This document shows positions 1 to 15,738 of a stretch of 64,000 nucleotides of DNA, piece after piece. This stretch comes from Eledone cirrhosa (Eukaryota), in assembly GCA_964016885.1 (NCBI GenBank), contig OZ024740.1, forward strand, positions 42,656,001 to 42,720,000, written 5' to 3'. Numbering within the stretch: position 1 is the stretch's first letter; every line of letters begins with the position of its first letter. The notes beneath the pieces were generated by a model. It saw nothing but the letters and a program-made list of their open reading frames with translations. It was not told the origin of the DNA and made no database searches. The position numbers were made by a program, and so were the translations under genes.

Positions 1-317
<317 letters not shown>

Positions 318-339
318 CGCGTGGTAAAGTTGTCCGACT

Positions 340-520
340 TATGACCATAAATTTGTGGCTTCAATTTCTGGGCAAAACACATCATGTCTTGTTGCCCCGG
401 TATACTCAACTAAAAATGAGTACCAGCAATAGTTGGAAGTTTAACCCTGCGATGGACTTGCGTCCTGTCCAAGGGGAGTATTGTACTCTCAGTCGCTTAA
501 CGCCATGGAAAAGGGTATTG
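340..520 (+). mobile_element. SINE fragment with Deu/Nin-like central domain
   Basis: AAAATGAGTACC...AACCCTGCGATGGACTTGCGTCCTGTCCAAGGGGAGT resembles the conserved Deu/Nin SINE core (recalled, not aligned). Confidence 0.55.
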
Positions 521-522
521 AG

Positions 523-587
<65 letters not shown>

Positions 588-675
588 GTATGTGTGTGTG
601 TGTGTGTGTGTGTGACTGTATGTTTGCGTGTGTGTGTATGTGTGTGTATCTGTGTGTGTATCTATGTGTGTCTCT

Positions 676-935
676 GTCTTCCTCTTCTTCTTCGCCCTCT
701 TATTCCTGGAAGGACCATGGAGGAAGAGTCCTCAAACAAGCTTTCCAGCGATTCATGTGACTAGTAACTGTCTCTAATAGATCCGGCTGCATCCCTCAGC
801 TAGAACAGCCGAGGTCATGAGTTTTATCCAACCATCTTGCTTGGGTTTACTGGGCCTCCAAGGCCTCCTAGCGGTTGGATTTGCCAGCAAAATCTATCCA
901 GCGTTTCTCTGCTAAGATATTCCATCCAAATATCC
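676..935 (-). mobile_element. RTE-type LINE 3' fragment with (GAA)n tail
   Basis: Minus-strand decayed translation ...ARWLDK...QPDLLETV...RWKACLRTL then GAAGAAGAAGAG; homologous to 49816-50010. Confidence 0.6.
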
Positions 936-1167
936 ATAGTATCAGTGCTGTGAAGTAGAGCAACACTCTGATCCCCGAGCTACGCAATCTATCAAGTAAC
1001 GTTACCCCAAGACCGTTCGGAGGAACACCATTTCGAGCGCTTGTATTCATGATCGAATTATTTCGGTCAGCGTGTGTGTTTCGTAAAACCCCCCCCCAAA
1101 AAAAACTGAGTTTTAACAAAAGCCGTTTGGTTTCGATGGAGAACAGTTCAATGACTCAATGTTAATA

Positions 1168-1510
1168 ACCGTTTCTACTTTTTGCACAAGGCCAGCAATT
1201 TCCACCAGTGCATTACTGGTACTTTATTTTATCGACCCCGTAAGCATGAAAGGCAAAGTTAACCTCGGCGGGATTTGAACTCAGAACATAAAGAGGCGTA
1301 ACTCTATGCTGCAAAGCAATGTTAATAATGATTTTTAGTATAGGCACAAGGCCAGTAATTTGGGGGAGGAGGGGAAAGTCGATTAAATTGACCCCAGTAC
1401 GTTCCTGGTGCTTTATTTTATCGACCCTGTAAGGATGAAAGGCAAAGTTAACTTCGGCGGGATTTGAACTCAGACTGTAAAGGGCCATAACTCTATGCGG
1501 CAAAGCAATG
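1168..1510 (-). mobile_element. Two tandem truncated copies of the major tRNA-derived SINE
   Basis: GGTACTTTATTTTATCGACCCCGTAAG..TGAAAGGCAAAGTTAACCTCGGCGGGATTTGAACTCAG occurs twice; B-box-like GAGTTCAAATCCC on the minus strand; more than 15 relatives in the window. Confidence 0.85.
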
Positions 1511-2304
1511 TTAATAATGTAAATGTATTACTGTAAGTGAATTGAACTTTGTTCGTTTGAAAGGGGTCTCTTAACTTTACGCAGCATGGCCTCAGCCGGA
1601 TGGCTGGAACAGGTAAAAGAGTAAATGAGTAATATATATATCTATTATATAAATGTGAAATGGGCGAAAATTGTCTGATACAATGCACTGATTGTCATGA
1701 AAATGTACACATTAATGTAAAAGGTGCCTTGGAAACGACAGGTCTACTTGGGGTTCTTTAAATTAAAAAATCTGGTCTCTAGTGCCAAAGGAACGGTCTT
1801 TTTCTATCGATTTTACCTCACTATAGTTTCTTAGCTTTACTCTCTCTGTCGCTCTTTCCTCTCTCTATAATAGATCATTCCTGCTCTCTATAATTTAACT
1901 GCTTTACTTTCTCTGTCGCTCTTCACTCCCTATATGACAACACTGCAGAGAGAGATAGGCCGTTAGACAGAGAGAGATAGAATTAAGGTGTTAGATATTC
2001 AAAGAGAGAGAGAGGGACCATCAAACTTTAGTTAACTTTCAGTAACGTGTTATATATCTTTGATCTGTCGTCGCTCGCATAGCACACACACACGCATACA
2101 CACGATACTTATATAAAGCTGAGCGTCGTGTGTGTGTGTATGTATCTATCCTACACACCTCCCTATACTATTTAACCTAAACTACTTTTATACCCATCTC
2201 TTAGTGAAGCATTTTCAATTCATTATACGTAAACAATGACATTAATTTTCAATTTTAGCTTAGCATTTTACATCAATACCTCCCTTTTTTAATGCAACTT
2301 TTTA

Positions 2305-5300
2305 TTGAAACGACTACGTGTTGGGCATCAGGTGATCCTTCCTTCAAGCTTTACTGGTTCACCCCGGTACATGCATAAACGGACACAGGATGCTATGGCG
2401 TATGTCCGTAAGTTTGGGGGCCGGATCTTTTTATTACCTTCACATGTAATCCTAATTGGGTGGAGATTAAGGAGAATTTATTGGCGGGCCAGGTGACAAG
2501 TGACAGGAATGATATTACAGCCAGAGTCTTCCACGGAAAGTTGAAGAAACTAATGTGCTTGCTGAAAGATAAGGCCATCTACGCACAACTCAATGCTTGG
2601 ATGTATACTGTGGAATGGCAGAAGCGCGGTCTTCCACAAGCACATATTCTTATGTGATGCAAAGAACGGACATTAATCGCGTTATATGTGCAGAGTTGCC
2701 CGATCCCCAAATTGATTTGCAGCTTTACAGCATTGTGCTGGCTAATATGATACATGGACCCTGTGGCGCCCTTAACAGCCAAAATTCATGCATGCAGGGG
2801 AACAAGTGCACCAAACACAACCCCAGAGCTTTCACCAGGGAAACTTGCACTGGGGTTGACGGCTACCACATCTACCGGCGGCGTGCTCACGATTTTGGCG
2901 GCCTTTCGGCTAGGATTAAGAAGAAAGGGAAAGAATATGACATTGACAACAGCTGGGTGGTGCCTTACAGCCCTTTGCTTGCTAAAATTTTTAATGCTGA
3001 CTTCAATGTTGAGTCCTGCACATCTGTTAAAAGCATTAAATACATCTGAAAGGCGGCGACATGGCGGTGGTTGGCCTCAGTGATGGCCTAGAATCAAAAG
3101 CCGAAATTACTAAGTTCATGATGGGAAGATTCATTTCGTCCAATATAGCGGCTTGGCGCATTTTGGGGCTTGAAATTCAGCAGTTGTTAACTTGGATGCT
3201 CACTTAGAGAATAGTCAACGCGTTTATTTCACTGAGGAAACCGCATCGGCTGCTGCCGAACAGCCACCTGAGACGACGCGTTCAGCATTTTTTAAGCTAT
3301 GTTCTGTCGATACGTTTGCAGTTACCTTTTTTACGTTGATGTACCTACCTACTTCACTTGGTTGAACAAAAAATGGCATTGGCGGCGACAAGGGGAAAAA
3401 GTTGAGGATTGGGTAGGTGTCTTCAGAGGTAATGCCATCGGACGCGTGTACAATGTTCATCCGAAGCAACAAGAATGCTTTTTCCTGCGAATGTTGCTCC
3501 ATCAAATCAAAGGGCCCAAGTCATTCGCTGACCTAAGACTTTTCGATGGCCGCATTTGTTCCAGTTACAGGGACGCGTGCGTGAAGCGCGGGCTACTCGA
3601 TGATGATGCCCACCTGAACGTGGCGTTGACAGAGGATGCAGAATGTAAGGTGCCTCGAGAAATGAGACGTCTGTTTTGCATAATGCTATTGTTCTGCGGC
3701 ATAAGTGAGTCCCTTAAGCTTTGGGAAATGCATAAGGACAACATGTCAGAGGACATCCTCCGTAGACTACGAGCAGAAGATCCAATGGCTGGCTTTGCTT
3801 TCAACGACGCGGTGTACAATGAGGCCCTCATCGACATGGACAACCATCTTAAAGCTCTTGGAGTTGGCGGTGTATATGATTTCGGTTTGCCACAACCTCG
3901 AAACACTCACAGTGCTTTAGATGTGGAGTTCATGCGTGAGTTAAATTACAACATCGACGATATGACGCATCAGTAGCTCAGAACAAACCCAGACTTTTGC
4001 ATGACCAGAGACGGGCATATGACAGAATTCTCTCCAGTGTCAATTCAAATGATGAGGGACGGCTATTTCTCCTGGATGCTCCTGGCGGAACAGGAAAAAC
4101 TTTTCTCATCAACCTTTTGCTTGCGAAGCTATGAAAAGACAAGCGGATTGCTTTAGCGGTCGCCTCCAGTGGTATTGCGGCGACACTATTACATGGCGGT
4201 CGTACGGCACACTCCGCATTCAAATTGCCTTTGGACATTGCAAAGAAGGAGAATTCTACATGTAGAATAGCGACCCTAAAGCACATCTTCTTTCTCAGTG
4301 TTGCCTGATCATATGGGACGAGGCTACCATGAATCACAAGGCGGCCTTTGAGGCTCTGGATCGAACTCTCAAGGACTTGCGTCGGAACTCACGCGTCATG
4401 GGTGGAGCGGCAGTACTGCTGGCTGGCGATTTCCGACAGACTCTTCCTGTTATCACTAGAGGCACTGGAGCTGACGAAGTGAACCCATGCATCAAGTCGT
4501 TCTACCTATGGCAGTATGGCCACAAACTACATCTGACTACCAACATGAGAGTGCATATGCATGGTGACGGAGACTCCATCGATTTCTCAAAACATCTACT
4601 GGAAGTTGGTAATGGAACTACACTTGGAGTGGATGAAGAGCATATCCGTTTGCCTTTTGGGAAATTTGTGTCAAACATTGACGAATTAATGTCATCTGTA
4701 TTTCCAGACCTTGAATCACGATTCCGTGATCACACCTGGCTGAAAATGAGAGCTATTTTGGCACCACACAATGCCACTGTTGACGTGATGAACCAAAAAA
4801 TAACTCGATCAGATCCTCGGAAATGAAGTCTCCTTCAAGTCAATTGACACCAATAAAAACGCGAACGATGCCGTCATCTACCCAATTGAATTCCTCAATA
4901 GTCAACTACCTCCAGGACCTCTTCCTCATGATCTGAAACTGAAGGTTGGTGTGCCAGTTATGCTGCCGAGAAACCTGGATGCACCAGAACTATGCAACGG
5001 AACGCGTTTAATCAGACAAAAATAAGGACCCAAATTCTGGTCACAACCATTTTGAGCGGACCCGCTGCTGGCGTGACCAGGTTAATTACCCCTATGAGGC
5101 TTAGTCCCCCTGACGTCCCCTATGAATTTACGCGACGGCAGTTTCCCATAAAACTCTGCTTTGCGATGAGCATTAACAAAGTACAAGGACAATCGCTGCA
5201 AGTGGTTGGCCTAAATCTAACACACCAGGTATTTTCCCATGGTCTACTATACGTGGGATGCTCCCGCGTCGGTAGTCCACACAATCTTTTAATTTGTGGT

Positions 5301-5348
5301 AACCCGGGCAACACCAGGAACGTTGTCTACAAAGAAGCCCTGCAATAA
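2305..5348 (+). pseudogene. Helitron Rep/PIF1-helicase (RepHel) pseudogene, multiple frameshifts and stops
   Basis: ILPSSFTGSPRYM; Rep motif 2 VEWQKRGLPQAHIL (first His lost); MIHGPCG; VVPYSP; Walker A LDAPGGTGKTF (~4070-4105); GDFRQTLP; QFPIKLCFAMSINKVQGQS. Confidence 0.95.
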
Positions 5349-5349
5349 C

Positions 5350-5560
5350 ATCTTGTATTTATTGCTTTTAACAGATGTAATCCTAACCGAAAGGCCGCTA
5401 AAATCGGGATCACGCCGCCGGTAGATGGGGTAGCCGTCAACTTCAGTGCAAGATTCCCTGGTGAAGGCTCTGGGGTTGTGTTTGGTGCACTTGTTCTCCT
5501 GCATGCATGAATGTTGGCTGTTAAGGGCGCCACAGGATCCATGTATCATATTAGCCAGCA
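5350..5560 (-). repeat. Inverted, internally deleted duplicate of the Helitron Rep segment ~2736-3045
   Basis: Minus ORF LANMIHGSCGALNSQHSCMQENKCTKHNPRAFTRE...TSVKSNKY matches plus ORF 2597-3049 with about 100 bp missing. Confidence 0.9.
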
Positions 5561-5687
5561 AAATGCAAGAAGCCTACACTACCCAACGTCTCTCTGTCAA
5601 AGCACTCTCTTCACGTCGCCCCTCAACTTATTAACTTAACAAGAAGTGGCCTCGAGTAGCCTCGAGTGCAACCGGGCTCAGCTGGTA

Positions 5688-5731
<44 letters not shown>

Positions 5732-5857
5732 CCAGCTGAGACGGTTGGCCTTTAACTTTTATTATAGCTCTTGTTCATCTGAATCATTGAGCACTTGCCA
5801 CAGAGGTTGTTTTTCGTTATTTCGTGGGCCGAAATGCGATTCTCGATAATTTATGTT

Positions 5858-5890
<33 letters not shown>

Positions 5891-6014
5891 ACACTAATAA
5901 AATTGAAGACTAAATTCCAAAGAGGGCTCGATAAGGATAAATATATATCAAATATATAAGAACCGTAGAGCACATAATATCACAGCTTCAAATTTAGCTA
6001 AATTACCTAGCCGT

Positions 6015-6480
6015 ATGAACACGTGCAAACCTGTAGCTAGTACTAACTGTAATTTTAGGAATCGAGTTGACTGTCCCCTATCCGGGAAATGCCTCTCTAG
6101 TAAATTTCTCTACAAATGTAAGGTTGAAACACCCCCGTCCCGTAGGGCCTACATAGGGTTAACCGCCAATAGATTCAAGAAGCATCTTTACATGCATACC
6201 CATTCTTTTCTTAACGCTTTAAGAAGGAATATGACGTCACTTTCAGCTTATATCTGGAGTCTAAAAGACAACCACACCCAATATAAGTTACACTGGGAGA
6301 TCCTAGGTGAGGCTAGATCGTATAACGGAAATAAAGACATTGTGACCTCTACAACGCTGAGGCCCTGGAAATACTCTACGCCAAAGACCACATCTTAAAC
6401 AAAATATCTGAGGCAATTTCGACTTGTAAACATAAATTGCACAAAACTTTCCTGTATTACAGCCCCACATTATACCCTAA
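6015..6480 (+). pseudogene. PLE GIY-YIG endonuclease domain, frameshifted
   Basis: NCNFRNRVDCPLSGKCLSSKFLYKCKV...AYIGLTANRFKK...HSF...TSLSAYIWSLKD...WEILGEARSYN; homologous to 22199-22600 and 59645-60050. Confidence 0.85.
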
Positions 6481-7166
6481 CGGATAGTACGAACTATACG
6501 CGGATATTTTACGTCTTGATGTCGTAGCTAAGTATATGTTATGTTTATACCATTACTTATTTGTATAGGTAAGTATATATTACCTGTATGTTTTGTGAAG
6601 GTACGTATACTTTCTCGTACGTATATTTGAACGTATATGTTATGGCGTATATATTATATATACTGGTACATGTGCATATGGATATGTGCATACGTGAGTT
6701 TTGCGTCGGTGTGAGTATGCGGGTTCGTACGTATGTAGGCTGTGTGTATTTGTGTACTTTGTGTTTTGATTGACGTAGTTTGCGTATATATGTGTATTTA
6801 CAGGTGGTATGTGTGTGAGCGCGTTTATACGTATTTATGTGTGTATATTTATATACGTTTATATAATTATACGTATACTCGCACACTCACAGACACATAT
6901 ATATATATATATTTTTTCATATATATTTTTATGTGTATTTGGTGTATACGTTAGTATGTGTGCGGGTACGGGCGATGCCTGGGCTCTGTACGTGCGTGCG
7001 GGTTTTTTTTTGTTTACGTACTTGTAATGGCATACCCATTGCGGGTGTTTTTGCGTATGCTTGTGTATGTACGTATATGTATGCGTGCATCTATATATTT
7101 AATTTCAATTACCTCTGTAATTCATTTACTTTATTCTTAACTCTGCAACCGAGAATCATTCGGTTT

Positions 7167-7448
7167 CCTAATAGAATTTTAGTCGACGACTTCAGTTATA
7201 CCATGTACGTGGTTTTGTCTTTGCGTGAAATTGTTCTCCCTGATCCACATAATGACGTATTATCTTCGTTTTTTCCGTTCGTTGCCAGAGAACGTCTCCA
7301 CGAACCACCTAAAAGAATATTAGTCTACGAATTCATTTATACCATAAACGTGGTTTTGCCTTTGCGTGTAATTGTTTTCACAGCTCCAACTTATGCCGTA
7401 TTATCTTTGTCTTTATCCATTCTTTGCCAGGGAACGTTTCCACGAACC
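7167..7448. repeat. Diverged tandem duplication, unit about 140 bp x2
   Basis: CCTAA.AGAAT.TTAGTC.ACGA...ACGTGGTTTTG.CTTTGCGTG...GAACGT.TCCACGAACC occurs twice. Confidence 0.85.
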
Positions 7449-7737
7449 AAAGTATCGTCTTTCTGTCTTCCTCCGGTTGCAACGTTTTTTGAAATATCCA
7501 CTTCTGCGTTCACAGATTGATTTTTTTAGTTTCAGAACATCCTGTTAAGGGTGAAAGCAGCGATTCTTTGCTTAAACTTTAATTTGTTATTTTAATAAAT
7601 ATATATATATATACACGAATGCACAGCCACAGATGCACATACATACACACAGAGATACACGCACGCACGCAGACACACACTCACTCTTACACACACACAT
7701 ACACACATACACACATACACACATACACACATACATC

Positions 7738-7796
<59 letters not shown>

Positions 7797-9810
7797 CTCT
7801 GCTCTCCTAAATGATATATTCATTTATTAAGATTATATTTGCCATTACAGTACTGCAGTATTATCATTTGTGTAAAATACATTGTAACCAGAACTGGCAG
7901 ATGCAAATAACAAGGGAATGAATGAAAGTTTAAAGATGGATATAACGAAGAGCAAAGGAGATGTTAGTAACAAATAAGAGCTGCAGTAAATTAAGTGCTG
8001 TTCAAAATAGAAGCGAAAACATTTTGTATTAAAAAGAATTTATATTATTTGTAATCTTATAAATGTTAATATCATTTTAAATTGATTCAAATGATTGTTT
8101 AGAGTTTGGTTACAAATAATGTTATATTTACATTAGCATTTTTGTAATAATGTTTCAAATAAGAGATTAAGAGATTTATTATTTCTGATAACCGTCATTG
8201 TGTAAGCCGGTGGCACGACGGGCGTTAGTTTAGCTATTGGCCATTAACCTGTGATGCGAAGTTTAAATGTATAAACCTGACAATTTTCCCCAATATATAA
8301 TTTTTATTGCTGCTTAAACGAAATACACTATTGTTTCTCTCCTTAATTTTCCCAATATTTCACAATGTATAAATATTAATTTAATGCAAATTTATAACAG
8401 TAAGATTTAATTTTAGAGTATAAATGCTAATTGTAAAATAACAATTACTTTATAAGGAAATGAAGTGCGCAGCTCAGAATATTAGAAAAACGGGAAATAA
8501 TACTAATGTTAAATAATACAACTGCTGTGGAATGGATTGCTTATTGTACTCTTCATGGTTTGGGCGTTGGCGAATGAAGTAAATATGCCATGAGTACTTA
8601 AATACGAAATGAAGACGTCAATACGATGAATTATATATATGCGTAGATGAAAAACCGGCAATTGCAGCAAGATAAAATTACATATTACTTTTGTGTTAAT
8701 TGAATTTTATTTCATTCTTTATATATTTACTTTTTGATGCAAGAAACGTTGAAGAGCACTTACAAAGAAAGAAATAAACAAACGGCAAAATATTTCAAAT
8801 AAATAATTCTGTTCAGTTTGCTGTGCATGTTGATTAAATTCTGAAGTTAAACGGTGGGAACTTATAAAATGTTACCATGAGATTCGTTCTTCATACAATG
8901 TTGCGAACATTTTAAATTCTTAAGAGACAAAGTTTAATTTACTGGCAAATAAGAGAATTGTTAAAAATTGGTAATATTGTTGATATAATTATGAATATAA
9001 TTTTAAAACAATTTCTTTTCATTGAAGCGAAAAATATGGAACTTTTCAGAAATATTTCAATACATGTTCGAACTTGTGTACAAATAGTACAACATTTAGA
9101 CCTGTATGCAAATAAACGACCTAGACATGTTGTTTTGGAATATTTGAAGAACTAATCACATAAAACTTACATATGAACACAGAAGGTTGATTCAATAGGT
9201 ACAGAAATGAGAAAAATAAAGAATGTTTTAGATAAAATACTCTTATAGTGCTTTATCCAATAAAAAATATAAAAAATTGCAAATATTATAATGAGCAAAA
9301 TAAAACTTGTATACAATTGAAGTTTGGATGATGTTATATTTAAAGTTGTATTGAATCTGATATATTGAGGCAGACTATCTGTCTTTTGCCAGCCTCTAGA
9401 ATGGTCAAGTCGATCGAAAAGTATTTTGTTTGAGTTGGTTATAATTTTACGTGTATAAAAATATCTGGATAGGGGCATGTAAGGTTTTCTGTGCTGGTAG
9501 TGAAGGTAGGTAGAGGCAAACTATAAGAAAAGGAGGATAACAGAATGCATCAGTTAGATCAAAGATTGAGGAACCTTTTTAAGTAACAACAGAAGAAGCT
9601 GGGTGACGATATATAGTCTCTTAATTGAGTAGCTGTTATAGAGAGTGAACTGGTGGATGAATAATTGATAAACTGGCTGAACTGGCTTTTAGATTGTGGT
9701 AGGGAACGTGTGTAACAGATGCATGGAAAATATTGCTATTTCTGGACCAATAAATACACACACACACATACACACACATATACATACATACATACATATA
9801 TACATACATA

Positions 9811-9867
<57 letters not shown>

Positions 9868-10061
9868 GATAAATCTACCAAGAGTTTACGGTAGTGTCCA
9901 ATCCGTATGAAGAACTCAATGTAATCCGGATATCATGGAAAGAAGAGATGCAATGAAAAATCACTTTCGGTGAAAGATAAACGGAATACAGAGTCAAGAT
10001 AAAATATTTAAAAAATAATGAATAAAACAATGAAACAGTTCCTTATATTAAACAAAAAAAG

Positions 10062-10216
10062 TTCATTATTTAACGATCGTTTCTAGGATATATATGTGTT
10101 AGAATTGGCATGCATATTCAACAGATCTATGTACAAAATTATACAAAATTATACAAACTATCAAAATTAAATATACATACCAAACACATATATATGCCGT
10201 CTTCAGAAATAATGAA
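10062..10216 (-). ncRNA. Type I hammerhead ribozyme with very long stem II
   Basis: Reverse complement of 16737-16891. Confidence 0.75.
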
Positions 10217-10819
10217 ATATATTTATTGATAATAACAACAATTCAAAATTTCAGGTCCGTTTGGGAACAGAGTTCAAATTGACCAATGAAAATACAAAAA
10301 ATTTTATGCAGTTTGGTGTGTGTATATACATGTAATTAACTTCGTACACATATTTACATAAAGATATATGTTCACATGCATACGCATGCCAAAAAGATGT
10401 ATGCAAATACAAAAATTCAAGGCTAATGTCTCTGTAAGTTTATAATCCACAGATAAAATGCGTATAGACACATAAATATGAAATAAATGTATACACACAT
10501 TCATATACTCATACATATTCGTACACTCACACACACACGCGCGTATATGCATAAACATACACATAACTACGAACATACATACACACACACACCCCCACAC
10601 ACATATATATGTGCATATAGTATTATCATAAGCATATGGACATTAATGCACGCACATAAACACTGCCACACACATCTAGATCCAGATACAGAAATTAGGT
10701 GGGAGGGGGGGAGAGGTCAGTATTCAACGGTTTCGGCAGACTGCCTATTTATAGATGTATCTATAAACTTAGAAATAAAAAGAAAAGAAAAAGAAAAAAG
10801 GAAAAAGAAATATATCAAG

Positions 10820-10855
<36 letters not shown>

Positions 10856-11337
10856 CACACATACACACACACACACACACATATATATACATATACATAT
10901 ATATATACACATATATACACACATACATATATATACACATATATATACACATATATACACACACATATATACACACACATATATATATACACATATACAT
11001 ACACACACATATATATATATACAAACAAGTAAAATATAAAGTATACATCGATATACATACATATAGACATATAAATAAATACACACGCATACACACACAT
11101 ACATATACATACATATACATACACATATATATAAACACATACATACACATACATATACATACACATACCATATAAATACACATACACATACACAGACGCA
11201 TACATATAGAGACACATACATATACACATATAAATACATAGACACATACACACATAAACACATATATATATACATATATATATATATATTTTTACACACA
11301 TATACACATACACGCATACATATATATATATATACAC

Positions 11338-11386
<49 letters not shown>

Positions 11387-11431
11387 TAAACAAATAATGA
11401 ATAAACAATTCCTTATATTAAACAAAAAAAG

Positions 11432-11687
<256 letters not shown>

Positions 11688-11744
11688 ATACACTCACAAC
11701 ACTCGTATATATATACACACTCATACATATACACACATATACAT

Positions 11745-11807
<63 letters not shown>

Positions 11808-11936
11808 CAGTCACATCTACATACATATATATATATAAATACACTCATATATATACACACATACACATACATACCCACATATAAATATATATATATACAT
11901 AAATATATATATATACACACATACACACATACACAT

Positions 11937-11993
<57 letters not shown>

Positions 11994-12113
11994 CATACAC
12001 ATACATACACATATACACACATACATATATACTCACACACACACACCTACACATACATACACATACACATATATAAAGATATATATACACACACACACAC
12101 ACACATATAATAA

Positions 12114-12145
<32 letters not shown>

Positions 12146-12735
12146 GGTGGCTGCCAACTCGTTTTCGAGTACGGCCACTACTTTACATCCATGTAGGATA
12201 ACCCCTACCGAAGCGCTGAACGAGTGTGACTTTTTAGTCCAGCCAGCGACTTGAAACCTCTGGTACAAACACTACACCTGTGACAATCATTGTCACATAG
12301 TGCTAGGCCCATGGTAGGACAATTATTGACACATAGTGCTGGGCCCATGTGAGGACAAGTGCAGAGAGATCTCCAGATATAAAGCAATGCCTGTGCCGTG
12401 AAGCTTTTATAGTGAGCAAAGGCACTGCACAAAGCCAGTCCCACTCTCTTAACCAAGATGCTATTTACCAAAAAGAAGAACAAGTCAACATCATTGGATA
12501 CCATCAGGGTTGCAGGTGTTATATCAGAGTTTTCCTTCTCCTAGAATTCTGCCTTGACTAAGGCTAAAGGGGTCATCTCTCCCGGTGATTTTGGATGGCC
12601 ATTGACTCTTAAGAGCTCCTTTGCCCTTTGACAGGTTTTGTTTTTAGTCCTGCAGGATGTCCAAAGTCACCCTCCTCACCAAGAAACCTTGGTGGGGTTG
12701 CCAGTTTAGTCGCCAACGACCCGACCATGAGACAG
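12146..12735 (-). mobile_element. Non-autonomous or internally deleted RTE-like retroelement
   Basis: The part near 12735-12620 matches 23050-23150; the distal part encodes C2H2-like CSVCTRGFKSLAGLKSHTRS, typical of RTE ORF C-termini. Confidence 0.55.
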
Positions 12736-13071
12736 TATGTATATATGTATGTATATATATATATATACATACATATATACATACATACATATACATACAT
12801 ACATATATATACACACATATACATACACACATACACACATACATACATACACACACACATACATACACACACATACATACTCATACATAGACATAGATAT
12901 ATACTCACACACACATACGCACTTACATATACGCATATATACAAATACATACACATCCATATATGCGTATATACATACAAACACCACTACACGCTCACAC
13001 AACTCAGACATACAAAGAAAAAGGTATATACATATACATATATACACATATAAATAGAGATACATATACAC

Positions 13072-13102
<31 letters not shown>

Positions 13103-13207
13103 CCCACACAGACGTACAACCATAAACACACATACAAACACATACATACACACATACATACATATATATACACACACACAAAGACACACATACATATATA
13201 TATATTT

Positions 13208-13260
<53 letters not shown>

Positions 13261-13657
13261 CATACACATACACACACACATATATAGACATGCACACACA
13301 TACATACATACATACATACATACACATACACATACATATATATAAAAAAAAAAATAAATAAAATAAATAAATAAATAAATAAATAAATAAGATAAATAAA
13401 AAATAAATAAATAAATTAATACACACAGTCAGACAAATATGCACACACATACATATACATATATGTATATATATATATATACACACACACACATACACAC
13501 ACACACATACATATATATACACACATACATACACACACACATATATATACATACATATACACACATCAACTACAAATATACAATATATATATATATATAC
13601 ACACACATATACATATTTTCACATATATATATATACATATATTATATTATAATAATA

Positions 13658-13704
<47 letters not shown>

Positions 13705-13923
13705 TACATATATATACACACACACACGCTCACATATATATGCGCACATACGTACACATATACACATACACACATATACACATAGACATATACATGTGCA
13801 TACATGTACATACACACATATACCCACATAGATACAAAGATACACATATATATAGAGAGACATACATATACATACACATATATACACACACATACATACA
13901 CACATATATATATATACATACAC

Positions 13924-14015
<92 letters not shown>

Positions 14016-14324
14016 GTATATATATACATATATATATACACACAATCATACACCCTTATTTGCATGCGCATATATGTATTTTTATACTTACATATAAACA
14101 CCCAAACATATATACACCTACCTACATATACATACATACATACACGCTTACAAATACAAATAATAATAGTAGGGGGGGAAAGGGGGGGGAAGGGGATTAT
14201 AGTAAATATATGTTTCAAGAAACATAGAATATTAATCTGTATTTGGATCACAATATGTGTTTACATAGTTTCAGGAAATGCAAGAAAGAAGGCAAAATTA
14301 TGCATTTCAATATAAGTATACCAT

Positions 14325-15290
14325 TAATTATAGGTTAACTAAACTAAAGATAATTAATATATTGATTTCTAAGGTGTAAATTACTTAGGTTTATAATATT
14401 TGAAGCAGAATTTTGAAGTTAAATAGTAGTAGAGTATTAATTATAGTATAACTAAATTAAAATTATTAACGTTATGGTATCAATATTAGGAAATGAATTT
14501 AGTAATAGGGAAAAAACAAATAAAGTATTACATCGGTAGTAGAATATAAATTATAGGTTAACTAAATTAAAAATTATATATTAATTTCTATAGTATATGT
14601 TAATTAGGTATATAATAAATAAAACAGATATTGTATTTTATCAATAGTAGAATATAATTATATGTAAACAGAAATTAAAATTAATACATACACATATACA
14701 TATACATACATATATATATACACATATATATACATACATACACATACATATATATACATACATATACATATTTTTTCAAAAATTGCAAAGAATATATTAA
14801 CTAGGTATACATCCAAAACCCATCCCATTCTATGATTACATGACACTCTGCAATCCGTCTGTATTAGGATACTAATTTTAAGCCAATTAAATTAAATTTT
14901 TAGGTTGACCAAATTTAAAACCCAATTATAAATATATTTCTAAAATGTATATTAATTAGGTCTATAATACTAAAAGTTATTTCTCTGTCATTGAATACAC
15001 GATATTTTGTTATATTTTATCTGTAAAGGAATTTTAATAAAGGGTTAAATAAATTAAAATTAATCTATAAATTAAATTACTAAGTATATATTAGTAATAT
15101 TTAAAGGTTTTTCACAATTTATGATTACACAATATTTTATATTCTCATCTGTAGTAGAATTTTAATTAAATTAAATTTATAGGTTAACTAACATTTAAAT
15201 TAAATTATATATTAATTTCTAAAATAATGTTATTAATTAGGTTTATAATATTTAAATGTTTTTTTAGTTTATGATTACACGATATAATTA
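14325..15290. repeat. Degenerate AT-rich minisatellite (about 110-140 bp units)
   Basis: Recurring TATAGGTTAACTAAATTAAAATT...ATATTAATTTCTA...TTAATTAGGT.TATAATA at ~14330, 14550, 14900, 15040, 15180. Confidence 0.65.
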
Positions 15291-15452
15291 ATTCCTGTCG
15301 TTTATTTAATAGGTTATCCTTAGATTTCATTATGTGTGTGTATATATATATATTTATGTATATATATATATATTTATATGTGGGTATGTATGTGTATGTG
15401 TGTGTATATATATGAGTGTATTTATATATATATATGTATGTAGATGTGACTG

Positions 15453-15535
<83 letters not shown>

Positions 15536-15592
15536 ATGTATATGTGTGTATATGTATGAGTGTGTATATATATACGAGTGTTGTGAGTGTAT

Positions 15593-15666
<74 letters not shown>

Positions 15667-15707
15667 ATATATATATATATGTATGCGTGTATGTGTATAT
15701 GTGTGTA

Positions 15708-15738
<31 letters not shown>

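Larger units (their letters stand above)
1641..5685 (+). mobile_element. Helitron rolling-circle transposon, decayed, 5' part of RepHel deleted
   Basis: Candidate 5' end A^TCTATTATATAAA at 1641; 3' GC-rich imperfect hairpin (CTCGAGTGCAACCGGG) then CTGG^T (CTRR) at 5682-5686; internal RepHel remnants. Confidence 0.8.
5887..7600 (+). mobile_element. PLE-derived element (GIY-YIG remnant, no RT seen) between (TA)n tracts
   Basis: Both termini recur joined in the mini-element at 58993-59119; carries a GIY-YIG ORF and a long low-complexity 3' region. Confidence 0.7.

Noticed and set aside
6933-7520. 195-aa ORF
   Set aside because: Low-complexity start plus the 140-bp duplication in a PLE 3' region; no domain signal
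9340-9750. Hints of a PLE ORF C-terminus on the minus strand (DLTILEA-like)
   Set aside because: Too degenerate to support without alignment
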